Origin: an uncultured Candidatus Saccharibacteria bacterium
Lineage (GTDB): Bacteria > Patescibacteriota > Minisyncoccia > Minisyncoccales > JAGMDC01
DNA length: 64,000 nucleotides
NCBI GenBank assembly: GCA_964615205.1
Contig: CAZTQA010000002.1
Location: 125,267 to 189,266 of the forward strand
Direction of reading: 5' to 3'
The position numbers were made by a program, and so were the translations under genes. The first letter of the stretch is position 1. Each line of letters opens with the position of its first letter. Below are positions 38,692 through 47,097 of this stretch, in pieces. The notes beneath the pieces are model-generated. The model was not told where the DNA came from and did not search any database. It was given only the letters and a program-made list of their open reading frames with translations.

Positions 38692-39795
38692 ATGAGAAAA
38701 AAATCAATGGAAAACATAATAATTTTAGCTATTGAAACCTCTTGTGATGACACCTGCATAGCAATATTAAAAATCAAAAATCAAAAATCAAAAATATTGA
38801 GTAATGCGGTTTCGTCGCAAATAGAAATCCATAAAAGGTATGGAGGAGTTTATCCTATGATGGCAAAAAGAGAGCATCAAAAAAACCTGCCTTTAGTTCT
38901 CAAAAAATCCCTGGAAGAGGCTAAAATTAATCGCCCTGATTATATTGCTGTAACCATAGGCCCAGGATTAGAACCTTGTTTATGGACTGGAGTAAATTTT
39001 GCTAAACATTTAGCTCAAAAATGGAATCTCGAAATTATACCAGTAAATCATATTGAATCTCACATATTAGTTAATTTTCTACAAACTACCAACCATAAGC
39101 TACAAGCTGTTCTCCCGGCTGTTTGTTTGGTAGTAAGTGGTGGACATACCCAGTTAATTTTAATGAAAGAAATTGGGAAGTATAAAATTTTGGGAGAGAC
39201 CAGGGATGATGCAGCTGGGGAATGTTTTGATAAAACTGCTCGCATCCTTGGCTTAGATTATCCCGGAGGACCCGCCGTAGCTCAACAAGCTGATCAATTC
39301 AGACAATCTAGAAAAAATAAAGAAACAAGTAAACTCACGATCGTGAGTTTACTTCCGAGACCAATGATTTACTCTAAGGATTATGATTTTAGTTTTTCCG
39401 GATTAAAAACCGCAGTCTTATATAAAGTTAAATGTCCCGTCTTCGCCAAGGCTTCAGTGGACAAGGAAAAACAAAAAACAAAAAAATTTGTTCAAATGAT
39501 GGCTAAAGAAATCCAGCAGGCTATTATTGATATTTTAATTAAAAAAACTTTGAAAGCAGCCAAAGATTACAATGCTAAAACAATTATCTTGGGAGGAGGA
39601 GTTTCTGCTAATCAGGAACTACGTAAGCAATTTAAGAAAAAGATTCAAAAAGATTTCTCTCAATGCCAGTTTTTAGTTCCTGAACCAAAGTTCAGCACAG
39701 ATAATGCTGTTATGACTGCCATAACTGCCTATTTTAATTTAAGTAAAACCCAAAGCTGGAAAAAAATTAAAGTTAATGCTAATCTTAAAGTATGA
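38692..39795 (+). CDS. tsaD: tRNA N6-adenosine threonylcarbamoyltransferase TsaD
   Basis: AIETSCDDT, NHIESH, DFSFSGLKTA, and GGGVSAN. The start may be the ATG at 38707. Confidence 0.9.
   Translation: MRKKSMENIIILAIETSCDDTCIAILKIKNQKSKILSNAVSSQIEIHKRYGGVYPMMAKREHQKNLPLVLKKSLEEAKINRPDYIAVTIGPGLEPCLWTGVNFAKHLAQKWNLEIIPVNHIESHILVNFLQTTNHKLQAVLPAVCLVVSGGHTQLILMKEIGKYKILGETRDDAAGECFDKTARILGLDYPGGPAVAQQADQFRQSRKNKETSKLTIVSLLPRPMIYSKDYDFSFSGLKTAVLYKVKCPVFAKASVDKEKQKTKKFVQMMAKEIQQAIIDILIKKTLKAAKDYNAKTIILGGGVSANQELRKQFKKKIQKDFSQCQFLVPEPKFSTDNAVMTAITAYFNLSKTQSWKKIKVNANLKV
39327..39354. repeat. 28-bp perfect palindrome, family B copy 2 (inside tsaD)
   Basis: aagtaaactcacga/tcgtgagtttactt, covering codons TSKLTIVSLL. 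These lie in a segment longer than the E. coli TsaD equivalent as I recall it. Confidence 0.8.
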
Positions 39796-40583
39796 ACCAT
39801 ATTATTCTTATTGTTTTTGGTTTAGCTCCCAGCCTTATCTGGCTTTCTTATTATCTACGAAAGGATACTCACCCGGAACCAAAATCAATGATTCTGAAGA
39901 TATTTATCTGCGGAGCTATTGTAACTGCGCCTGTAGCTTTTCTGGAGATGCTTTTTCAGGGAGGATTTGATCTAGTGGCTGAAATTTCTAACATTTATCC
40001 CTCCCCCACTCAAATATCTTCCCTTTTCAGATATGGTATACTCCAAGTTTCAGAATTAAGCTCCTCTTCTTTGTTATTTTTTTTGCTTTATAGCTTAATA
40101 GCTGTAGCTTTTATAGAAGAATTTTTTAAATACTTAGTTGTAAGATGCAAGGTTTTAAATGATTCAGAATTTGACGAACCAATTGACACTATGATTTATA
40201 TGATAATCGCTGGATTGGGTTTTGCCGCTTTGGAAAATATTCTTTATCTTCATCCTCATCTTTTTCCAATAATTAAATTCAGTGAAACCTGCCAGATAAC
40301 CACTATTCGGTTTCTGGGGGCTGTTTTTTTGCACGCTCTTTGTTCGGCCACAATTGGTTTTTTCTTAGCTTTATCTATTTGCAGGGGTAAATATAAACTA
40401 TTGTACTTATCCACAGGTTTTATTTTTGCCAGCATATTGCATGGATTGTTTAATTATTCTATAATTATTCTTGAGGGGGATTTAAAATTCTATATTCCTA
40501 CTTTAATTCTATTATCGCTTGCTCTTTTTGTTTCTTGGGCTTTTGTTGAACTCAAGAAAATGAAAAGCATGTGTGTGTTATGA
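39792..40583 (+). CDS. prsW: PrsW-family intramembrane metalloprotease
   Basis: Multi-TM protein with the FIEEFFKY (EExxK) motif and a later FLHALCSATIG His motif. Confidence 0.7.
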   Translation: MNHIILIVFGLAPSLIWLSYYLRKDTHPEPKSMILKIFICGAIVTAPVAFLEMLFQGGFDLVAEISNIYPSPTQISSLFRYGILQVSELSSSSLLFFLLYSLIAVAFIEEFFKYLVVRCKVLNDSEFDEPIDTMIYMIIAGLGFAALENILYLHPHLFPIIKFSETCQITTIRFLGAVFLHALCSATIGFFLALSICRGKYKLLYLSTGFIFASILHGLFNYSIIILEGDLKFYIPTLILLSLALFVSWAFVELKKMKSMCVL

Positions 40584-41119
40584 GCTTTCTAAAAAAATTC
40601 AAAAAAAATATTGGCGTAGAAGAAACAGAAAACACAGAAACAAAAGAAGAATCGGAAGAAGAAACAGAAAAGAAAAGAAAGAAAATAAAGGTTAATCCTC
40701 AAAAACCAGCTAAAAAAGCAAACAAAAAAGAAACTACTGAAGAAAAAGAGATTAAGAAAAAAGAAGAAGTAAACTGGCTGGAACAAAGAGGAGAATTAAC
40801 TGTAGATGTTTATAAGACTAAAGAAGATTTGGTGGTTCAGTCAGTAGTAGCCGGCATTAAGCCTGAAGATTTAGATATTGTTATTGAAAACGGCATTCTT
40901 ACTATTCAGGGAGAAAGAAAAAAACCAGAAGATGATTCTGAAGAAGAAAAAAGCTATTTTCTCCAGGAATGCTATTGGGGACCTTTTCAAAAAAGGATTG
41001 TTTTGCAGGAAGAAATAGACAACTCTAAAGTAGAAGCATCAATGAAAGAAGGCATTATTACTATTATAATGCCCCGAGTTTCTAAAACCCGAAAAAGAAA
41101 AATTGTAATCAAAACTTAA
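40580..41119 (+). CDS. Hsp20/alpha-crystallin family small heat-shock protein with Lys/Glu-rich N-terminal extension
   Basis: Alpha-crystallin core (LTVDVYKTKEDLVVQSVVAGIKPEDLDIVIENGILTIQGERK...GIITIIMPR). The ATG at 40580 overlaps the prsW stop as ATGA. Confidence 0.8.
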   Translation: MSFLKKFKKNIGVEETENTETKEESEEETEKKRKKIKVNPQKPAKKANKKETTEEKEIKKKEEVNWLEQRGELTVDVYKTKEDLVVQSVVAGIKPEDLDIVIENGILTIQGERKKPEDDSEEEKSYFLQECYWGPFQKRIVLQEEIDNSKVEASMKEGIITIIMPRVSKTRKRKIVIKT

Positions 41120-41140
41120 AAAGGAGCTTAGCTCCTTTTT
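41118..41140 (+). terminator. rho-independent terminator after hsp20
   Basis: aaaaggagc-tta-gctcctttttt. Confidence 0.65.
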
Positions 41141-41227
41141 TGGTGCCGCAGGAGAGATTTGAACTCTCAAGTCCTTTCGGACACTGGGTCCTAAACCCAG
41201 CGCGTCTGCCAGTTCCGCCACCGCGGC
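41141..41227 (-). tRNA. tRNA-Leu (anticodon UAG), CCA encoded
   Basis: Minus strand: acceptor GCCGCGG/CTGCGGC, anticodon arm CTGGG-TTTAGGA-CCCAG, long variable arm, T arm GAGAG-TTCAAAT-CTCTC, 3-prime ACCA. Confidence 0.85.
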
Positions 41228-41297
41228 TCATTTATTATTTTAACCTACTTCTAAAAAAAATCAATCCCGTTTGAACGGGATTGATTTTAGAATAAAT

Positions 41298-41630
41298 TTA
41301 TTCTAAGACCCCTACCATACTTTGAACAAAATTCACCAAAGCGTAAGCCAAGACGCCCACTATTACTCCAATTAAAGCCCATAAAACAAAATCTCGCGCC
41401 TTTTTAACTTTATCTGGATCTCCTTGAGCCGTAACAAACAAAATTCCAGCTATAAGCAAGAAAATAACCGCTACAATTATCAAAAGTGCAAATAAATAAT
41501 TTATAACTTTTTCTAAGGCATCCCAGAGATCTAACTTTGTTCCAGGATGATCTGTTGGTTCATCTGCCATCGATATAGCTGGTATGGTCACCAAACTGAT
41601 TAAAAGTAAAGCTGTAATAATTTTTTTCAT
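41298..41630 (-). CDS. TrbC/VirB2-like (T4SS-pilin-type) small membrane protein
   Basis: 110 aa. Signal peptide, then helix-loop-helix IIVAVIFLLIAGILFVTAQGDPDKVKKARDFVLWALIGVIVGVLAYAL, the pattern of CPR T4SS_pilin proteins as I recall it. Confidence 0.55.
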   Translation of the reverse strand: MKKIITALLLISLVTIPAISMADEPTDHPGTKLDLWDALEKVINYLFALLIIVAVIFLLIAGILFVTAQGDPDKVKKARDFVLWALIGVIVGVLAYALVNFVQSMVGVLE

Positions 41631-41675
41631 AATAAATATTAGTTTTGTTTTAAATCGACCTTTTTGTTTTTAATT

Positions 41676-42761
41676 TTATCCTCCGAAAATTTCTTGGATA
41701 ACGTTGATTATTGCATATGACATTAGAACAATCCCTAATCCTATAATCGTCCACAAAACAACATCTCTGGCTTTTTGAATTTTAGCTGGATCCCCAGCTG
41801 CTGTAACAAACAATATACCGGCCCAGATAAACATTATAGGAGAGATAGCAACAGCAAGCTTTATAAGGAATCTTACAATAGCATTTACAAGATCTTCAAA
41901 ACTTTTAGCACATAAAGGATTTTCTATGCAAAAAGCTCCCTCTGGACATATTGTTTCTTCTCCAGGACAAGTGAAAACCCATTCCCATCCATCTTTATCC
42001 TCGGCTGGCTTGGCTTTAGCTGTTTCGCAATCGCTCTTGTTGCTGTAAATCTTTTTATTGTAACAATATTTTTCCTCGCCAATTTCAATTAATCTTGAAC
42101 CGCAATAACAAGGAAGCGGATTAGCAAAAATATCGCATCCCCCAGAGCATACTGGACTGCATTCCTCCTTACATTCTCCTTCTAAATCATATCCTTCGCT
42201 TAAAGCATGACAGCAATACTCTCCACGGCTTACTTCGGTCTTTTCCTCTCCGCACCAGCAAGTATCCTCTACCCACTGGCAATCGTCGCCACAGACTGGA
42301 AGTTCTTCAATGCAATAGCCATCGTCACAAATTTTATTCTTTCCACAAAACTCCCCTTCGCAATCTTCTTTATCCTTACAATCAACATATCCATCACCGT
42401 CATTATCAACACCATCCTCGCAAGAAGTTTCATTATCATAATAACAATCAGGTACTAAACTCTTATCAGATTGGCACTCTCCTCCAATAAAACCAAATAA
42501 AGAATCCTTGCACCATTCATCAGCGCAACTATCAACACATTCACACCAGCAATCGCTTGTTTCCCCTGTCTTGCAGTCGCATCTTGGAACTTGATATCCG
42601 AATTCGCAATCTGCGACACATTCTGACTGGCCATAATCAGAGCTGCATCCCCCCCAGTCTCCACAGGTCCTTGGACCAATATCGCAATCTTTTGCATTGG
42701 CTAAAACAAAAAAACTAAACAAAAATACAATACTTACAAGTAATACAAAAACTTTTTTCAT
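41676..42761 (-). CDS. Cys-rich extracellular domain fused to a C-terminal TrbC/VirB2-like pilin module
   Basis: 361 aa with a signal peptide. About 260 aa carry 38 Cys (hand count) and include CEDGVDNDGDGYVDCKDKEDC (a MopE-like DNDGDG motif). The C-terminus reads IMFIWAGILFVTAAGDPAKIQKARDVVLWTIIGLGIVLMSYAI. Confidence 0.5.
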   Translation of the reverse strand: MKKVFVLLVSIVFLFSFFVLANAKDCDIGPRTCGDWGGCSSDYGQSECVADCEFGYQVPRCDCKTGETSDCWCECVDSCADEWCKDSLFGFIGGECQSDKSLVPDCYYDNETSCEDGVDNDGDGYVDCKDKEDCEGEFCGKNKICDDGYCIEELPVCGDDCQWVEDTCWCGEEKTEVSRGEYCCHALSEGYDLEGECKEECSPVCSGGCDIFANPLPCYCGSRLIEIGEEKYCYNKKIYSNKSDCETAKAKPAEDKDGWEWVFTCPGEETICPEGAFCIENPLCAKSFEDLVNAIVRFLIKLAVAISPIMFIWAGILFVTAAGDPAKIQKARDVVLWTIIGLGIVLMSYAIINVIQEIFGG

Positions 42762-42773
42762 TAAGATATTATA

Positions 42774-43289
42774 CTATTTTTGAAATATTAAGGCAAAGTG
42801 ATAAATTCCTGCTTCAAATTCTTTTATTAAATTCAATCCTAGTTTCTGACAAGCCAGCTTAATTTCTTCAGGAAGAATCCTCCCCTCTCTAGGACCCAAA
42901 GCCACATCTTTTTTCCAATCTACGATTAGAAGTCTGCCTTTTTTCTTTAGAGCTTTATTCCCTTGCTCAAGTACAAATTTTAAATCTTCTACTTGAAATA
43001 AAAGATCTGTCATCAAAACTAAGTCACAGCTGTTATCTTCTACTTTAGAACCTTTTTCCAAGTCAGCTAAAACAAACTTAATGTTGTTTATATTTTCAGC
43101 TTTTGCCTTCCCCTTAAGAGCGGATAAAGATTCTTCTAAAACATCTACGGCTAAAACCTTGCCATCTTCCAATATTTTAGCTAAAGAAATCGTCCAACTA
43201 CCGCTACCGCACCCAAAATCAGCCGCAATTAAATCATCACGCAGATTCATTTTTCTTAAAACTTGTTTCGGATCAACAAAACTCATCAT
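42774..43289 (-). CDS. class I SAM-dependent methyltransferase
   Basis: ADFGCGSGSWT motif I. Start placed at ATG 43289 (MMSFVDPK). A longer in-frame ORF reaches 43451 through a G+C-rich tract. Confidence 0.7.
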   Translation of the reverse strand: MMSFVDPKQVLRKMNLRDDLIAADFGCGSGSWTISLAKILEDGKVLAVDVLEESLSALKGKAKAENINNIKFVLADLEKGSKVEDNSCDLVLMTDLLFQVEDLKFVLEQGNKALKKKGRLLIVDWKKDVALGPREGRILPEEIKLACQKLGLNLIKEFEAGIYHFALIFQK

Positions 43290-43314
43290 ATAATAGGCAT
43301 AAGGAAATATAGCT

Positions 43315-43420
43315 TTTAGGAGCGCCCGGAGCCGAGCGGGCAAGGTTCGAGCGAAGCGAGAGAGCGAGGCGAGGATAGAGTGAGTGAGCCGGTTGGGGCG
43401 AGCGAACGTATCCTGAAAGC
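43315..43420. other. anomalous G+C-rich, strand-asymmetric (purine-rich on plus strand) tract
   Basis: About two-thirds G+C by hand count over roughly 90 nt, with repeated gagcga/gcgagg units. Lies between the gyrA stop and the methyltransferase start. Confidence 0.5.
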
Positions 43421-43441
43421 TGTATTTCCGAATGCTATGTG

Positions 43442-45922
43442 CTAAATGCATGCAGCTGAAGCCACTTTTTCTCCCGGACCCAAGCGCATTATTCTCACGC
43501 CTTGGGTTGACCGACTGATAATAGAAATTGAATCTATGGACGTTCTGATGGCTTGGGCTTTCTGGGAAATAACTATTAAATCTTTTTCTTCTCCTGACAA
43601 AATCTTAGAGAAAACTATATTTCCTGTTTTAGCTGTAATATTGGCTGTTTTTATGCCCGAGCCTCCCCTGGACTGAAGCCGGTATTCCTTTAAATCAGTC
43701 CTTTTGCCGTATCCGTTTTCCGCTACCACTAATAGGTATTTCTCATTTTGGCCGATAATTTCCATTTTAATCATTTCGTCGTCTTTTTTTAACCTAATTC
43801 CCGTTACACCTGCAGCACTCCTGCCCATTGGCCTGACATCTGTTTCTTTAAACCTAATGGACTGCCCTTTTTTAGTGACTATCATTACTTCATCTTTACC
43901 AGAACTCATACCAACTGATTTAAGTAAGTCTCCTTTTTTCAAATTAATGGCAATCAGTCCAGATCTTCTTACGTTCTCAAAATCTTCCAGAGGAGTTTTC
44001 TTAATTATACCATTTTTAGTTGCCATTATTAAATATTTATTACTATTTTCCCCATTGTCTTTGTTTTCTTTTTTCAAAGACAAAACAGAAAGAATTTTGT
44101 CCTGGGGAGAAAGTTCCAAAAAGTTTAATAAACCTCTTCCTTTAGCTACTCTTGTTCCTTCCGGAATTTCATAAGCCGGAATTCGGAAAACCTTTCCTGA
44201 ATCTGTAAAGAAAAGCAAATAATCATGGGTCTGACAGAAAAGAAAATGTTCCACGATATCATCCCCTAATGTTTTCATTCCCATTAATCCTTTGCCCCCT
44301 CTCTTCTGAATTTTATAAATATTGGGATTGACCCTCTTAATATATCCTCCTTGAGTCAGGGTAATGATGGTTTCCTCTTGGGGAATCAGGTCTTCTTCTG
44401 CAATATCCCCTACTTTCTGGACTATAACCTTGGTTTTTCTATCGTCTCCAAAAACTTCAGCTGTTTCTTTGAGTTCCTTTTTCATAATTTCTTTTACTTT
44501 TTGAGGACTCTTAAGGATTGACTTCAATTCTTTGATAAGTTTTCTTTTTTCTTCCAGTTCTTCTTCTATTTTCTGGCGCTCCAGCTTGGCTAAGGCAGAA
44601 AGCTTTGTTTCTAGAATAGCATTAGCCTGAATTTCTGTAAGCTGAAACTCCTTCATCAAATTCTTAAGAGCATCTTCGCGGTTAGCCGAGCTTTTAATGG
44701 TCTTGATAACAGCATCTATTTTACTAAGGCATTTATGCAAACCCTCTAAAATATGGGCTCTCTCTTCTGCTTTTTTCAACTCATATTTGGCTCGTCTTAC
44801 AATTACTTCTTTACGGTGAATAAGAAAATAATTCAAGACCTCAAACAAAGAAAGCACTCTGGGCTGGATTCCATCTACCAAAGCAAGCATATTCAAATGA
44901 AATGTTTTCTGGAGGTCAGAAAATTTATAAAGACGATTCAATATTTTTTGAGGAAAAGCGTCTTTTTGGAGCTCAATGACAATTCTCATTCCATCTTTGT
45001 CTGATTCATCTCTTATGTCTTTAACCCCGCTGATTCTCTTTTCCTGAACCAGCTTGGCAATCTGCTCCACCAACCCTGCTTTTTGCACCTGATAAGGAAT
45101 TTCTGTAACCAGAATGCGGTTTCTGCCATTTTTATCTTCACTAATTTCTGCTTTTCCTCTCATCACAATGGGACCATTGCCCTGGGAATAAGCAGTAACT
45201 ATTTCTCTGCGATTGTAAATTATTCCCCCGGTGGGAAAATCAGGTCCTTTGATGAATTCAAATAAGTCTTCGGTTGTAGCTTTAGAATGATCAATTAAAT
45301 AAACAGCCGCACTAATAACTTCAGAAAGATTATGAGGAGGAATATTAGTCATCATCCCTACGGCAATACCTAAAGAACCATTTAACAGAAGCTGAGGCAT
45401 AGGAGAAGGAAGAACTACCGGCTCCTTGCGAGTGCCGTCATAATTATCCCTGAAATCAACTGTTTCTTTGCTAATATCTTTGAGCATTTCCTCTCCCACT
45501 TTAGACATTTTGCACTCTGTGTATCTCTGGGCTGCCGGGGGGTCACCATCAATGCTTCCCCAGTTGCCCTGGCCCTTGATTAAAGGATAGCGCAAGGAAA
45601 AATCCTGCGCCATACGCACCAAAGAATCATAGACGGCCATATCGCCATGAGGATGATAACGGCCTAAGGTAGAGCCCACTACTGTAGCTGATTTCCTGAA
45701 CTTAGCATCATGCTTTAGCCCATCTTCATGCATAGCATACAAAATCCGACGGTGTACTGGTTTTAAACCGTCTCTAACGTCAGGAAGAGCCCGAGAAATA
45801 ATCACCGACATAGCATAATCAATATAGGATTCTTTCATTTCTTCAGTGATTTCTCTGGGCTTAACATAGCCAACATTTTTGTCTGGTTTGGCTTTATCTT
45901 CTTTTTTGGAACTATCAGCCAT
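43442..45922 (-). CDS. gyrA: DNA gyrase subunit A
   Basis: 826 aa with YHPHGD, AAQRYTE (active-site Tyr region), and a C-terminal beta-pinwheel. Confidence 0.97.
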   Translation of the reverse strand: MADSSKKEDKAKPDKNVGYVKPREITEEMKESYIDYAMSVIISRALPDVRDGLKPVHRRILYAMHEDGLKHDAKFRKSATVVGSTLGRYHPHGDMAVYDSLVRMAQDFSLRYPLIKGQGNWGSIDGDPPAAQRYTECKMSKVGEEMLKDISKETVDFRDNYDGTRKEPVVLPSPMPQLLLNGSLGIAVGMMTNIPPHNLSEVISAAVYLIDHSKATTEDLFEFIKGPDFPTGGIIYNRREIVTAYSQGNGPIVMRGKAEISEDKNGRNRILVTEIPYQVQKAGLVEQIAKLVQEKRISGVKDIRDESDKDGMRIVIELQKDAFPQKILNRLYKFSDLQKTFHLNMLALVDGIQPRVLSLFEVLNYFLIHRKEVIVRRAKYELKKAEERAHILEGLHKCLSKIDAVIKTIKSSANREDALKNLMKEFQLTEIQANAILETKLSALAKLERQKIEEELEEKRKLIKELKSILKSPQKVKEIMKKELKETAEVFGDDRKTKVIVQKVGDIAEEDLIPQEETIITLTQGGYIKRVNPNIYKIQKRGGKGLMGMKTLGDDIVEHFLFCQTHDYLLFFTDSGKVFRIPAYEIPEGTRVAKGRGLLNFLELSPQDKILSVLSLKKENKDNGENSNKYLIMATKNGIIKKTPLEDFENVRRSGLIAINLKKGDLLKSVGMSSGKDEVMIVTKKGQSIRFKETDVRPMGRSAAGVTGIRLKKDDEMIKMEIIGQNEKYLLVVAENGYGKRTDLKEYRLQSRGGSGIKTANITAKTGNIVFSKILSGEEKDLIVISQKAQAIRTSIDSISIISRSTQGVRIMRLGPGEKVASAACI

Positions 45923-45987
45923 ATATTTTATAATAGCATTTCAGCTTAAAAAATCAAAATTAGGTTTTCGGAGCTAAAAAACTAAGA

Positions 45988-47097
45988 CTAAGTAAGATTT
46001 TTATCTTGCAAGTGTATATTCTGTAAAATACCGAGAGCTAAAAAAGTAATCACCAAATTATTGCCTCCATAACTGATAAAAGGCAAAGAAATGCCCACAA
46101 TAGGCAGAAGGCCTAAATTCATGCCTGCATTAATAAAAATCTGGCTTATCAAAACAATTCCCACTCCTGAAGCTAAAAGCCGGGAAAAATTGGTCTGACT
46201 GAAAAGAGCTGTCCTAAAAATACGCCAAACAAGAATTAAGAAAAGAAAAAATAGGCAAAAAATGCCTACAAATCCCATTTCTTCGGCAATAGCTGCAAAA
46301 ATAAAATCTGTTTGAGGTTCAGGCAAAAAACCAAATTGAGTTTGGGAACCTTTACCTATGCCTTGCCCAAAAAGCCCTCCGTTTCCAATGGCTATCTTAG
46401 ATTGATTCTGATTCCAGCCAATACCTAAAGGTTCTAATTGCGGCTGAATAAAACTAACTATTCTGGATTTTTGGTAATCTTTTAATAAAAAAGACCAGCT
46501 TAAAGCAAAAATAAGTATACCGCATAAAATTAAGATTAAGAAATGTTTTAATTTGATACCGGAAATAATCAAAATTCCTACCCAGAGAGAGATTAGAATT
46601 AGAATAGATCCTAAATCCGGCTGAAAAAAGATAAGAAAAGTAGGAAGAGCTAAATAACATCCGGAAACTAAAATATGCTTTAAGCTGTACATCTCAATGT
46701 GCCTCATAGAAAAATATTTTGCCAAAAGAACTATCAGGATAATCTTCATAAATTCAATAGGATCAACTGAAAGCGGACCTAATTTATACCATCCTCGACT
46801 ACCCCGAATTTCAGGAGCAAAAAAGAAAAGCCCTAATAAAGCTAAACAACCCAGAAAATAAGCCAAGAGCATTAAATAGGAATTGTTTTTAATCATTCGG
46901 TAATCAAAAAAAGAAAATAAAAACATTAAAAAAACTCCTATTCCAAAAAAGATTATTTGTTTGTGAAAATTAAAAAAATCATTTTCCCGTAAAGAGGAAC
47001 TATAAAGAGATAAAAGCCCAATGCCCACCAGCAAAAAAGCGCTCATAATTAAAATCCAGTCCAACTTCTTGAAATGTTTGATAATTTGCCTTGTCAT
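45988..47097 (-). CDS. SEDS-family peptidoglycan glycosyltransferase (FtsW/RodA)
   Basis: 369 aa with about 10 TMs. EPQTDFIFAAIAEEMGFVG and PFISYGGN motifs. Confidence 0.85.
   Translation of the reverse strand: MTRQIIKHFKKLDWILIMSAFLLVGIGLLSLYSSSLRENDFFNFHKQIIFFGIGVFLMFLFSFFDYRMIKNNSYLMLLAYFLGCLALLGLFFFAPEIRGSRGWYKLGPLSVDPIEFMKIILIVLLAKYFSMRHIEMYSLKHILVSGCYLALPTFLIFFQPDLGSILILISLWVGILIISGIKLKHFLILILCGILIFALSWSFLLKDYQKSRIVSFIQPQLEPLGIGWNQNQSKIAIGNGGLFGQGIGKGSQTQFGFLPEPQTDFIFAAIAEEMGFVGIFCLFFLFLILVWRIFRTALFSQTNFSRLLASGVGIVLISQIFINAGMNLGLLPIVGISLPFISYGGNNLVITFLALGILQNIHLQDKNLT

Noticed and set aside
41039-41221. 60-aa minus-strand ORF beginning MAELADALGLGP
   Set aside because: It lies on the same strand as tRNA-Leu(UAG) and simply reads through that tRNA gene. 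It also overlaps the hsp20 3-prime end.
41298-42761. Calling a type IV secretion or conjugation system
   Set aside because: Only VirB2-like pilin modules are present. There is no VirB4, VirB6, VirD4 or relaxase in the window.
42774-43451. Long form (225 aa) of the methyltransferase ORF
   Set aside because: It is not used as the primary gene model. The extra 54 codons are the anomalous G+C-rich tract, where stop codons are rare by composition alone. It is kept as an open question in the findings.
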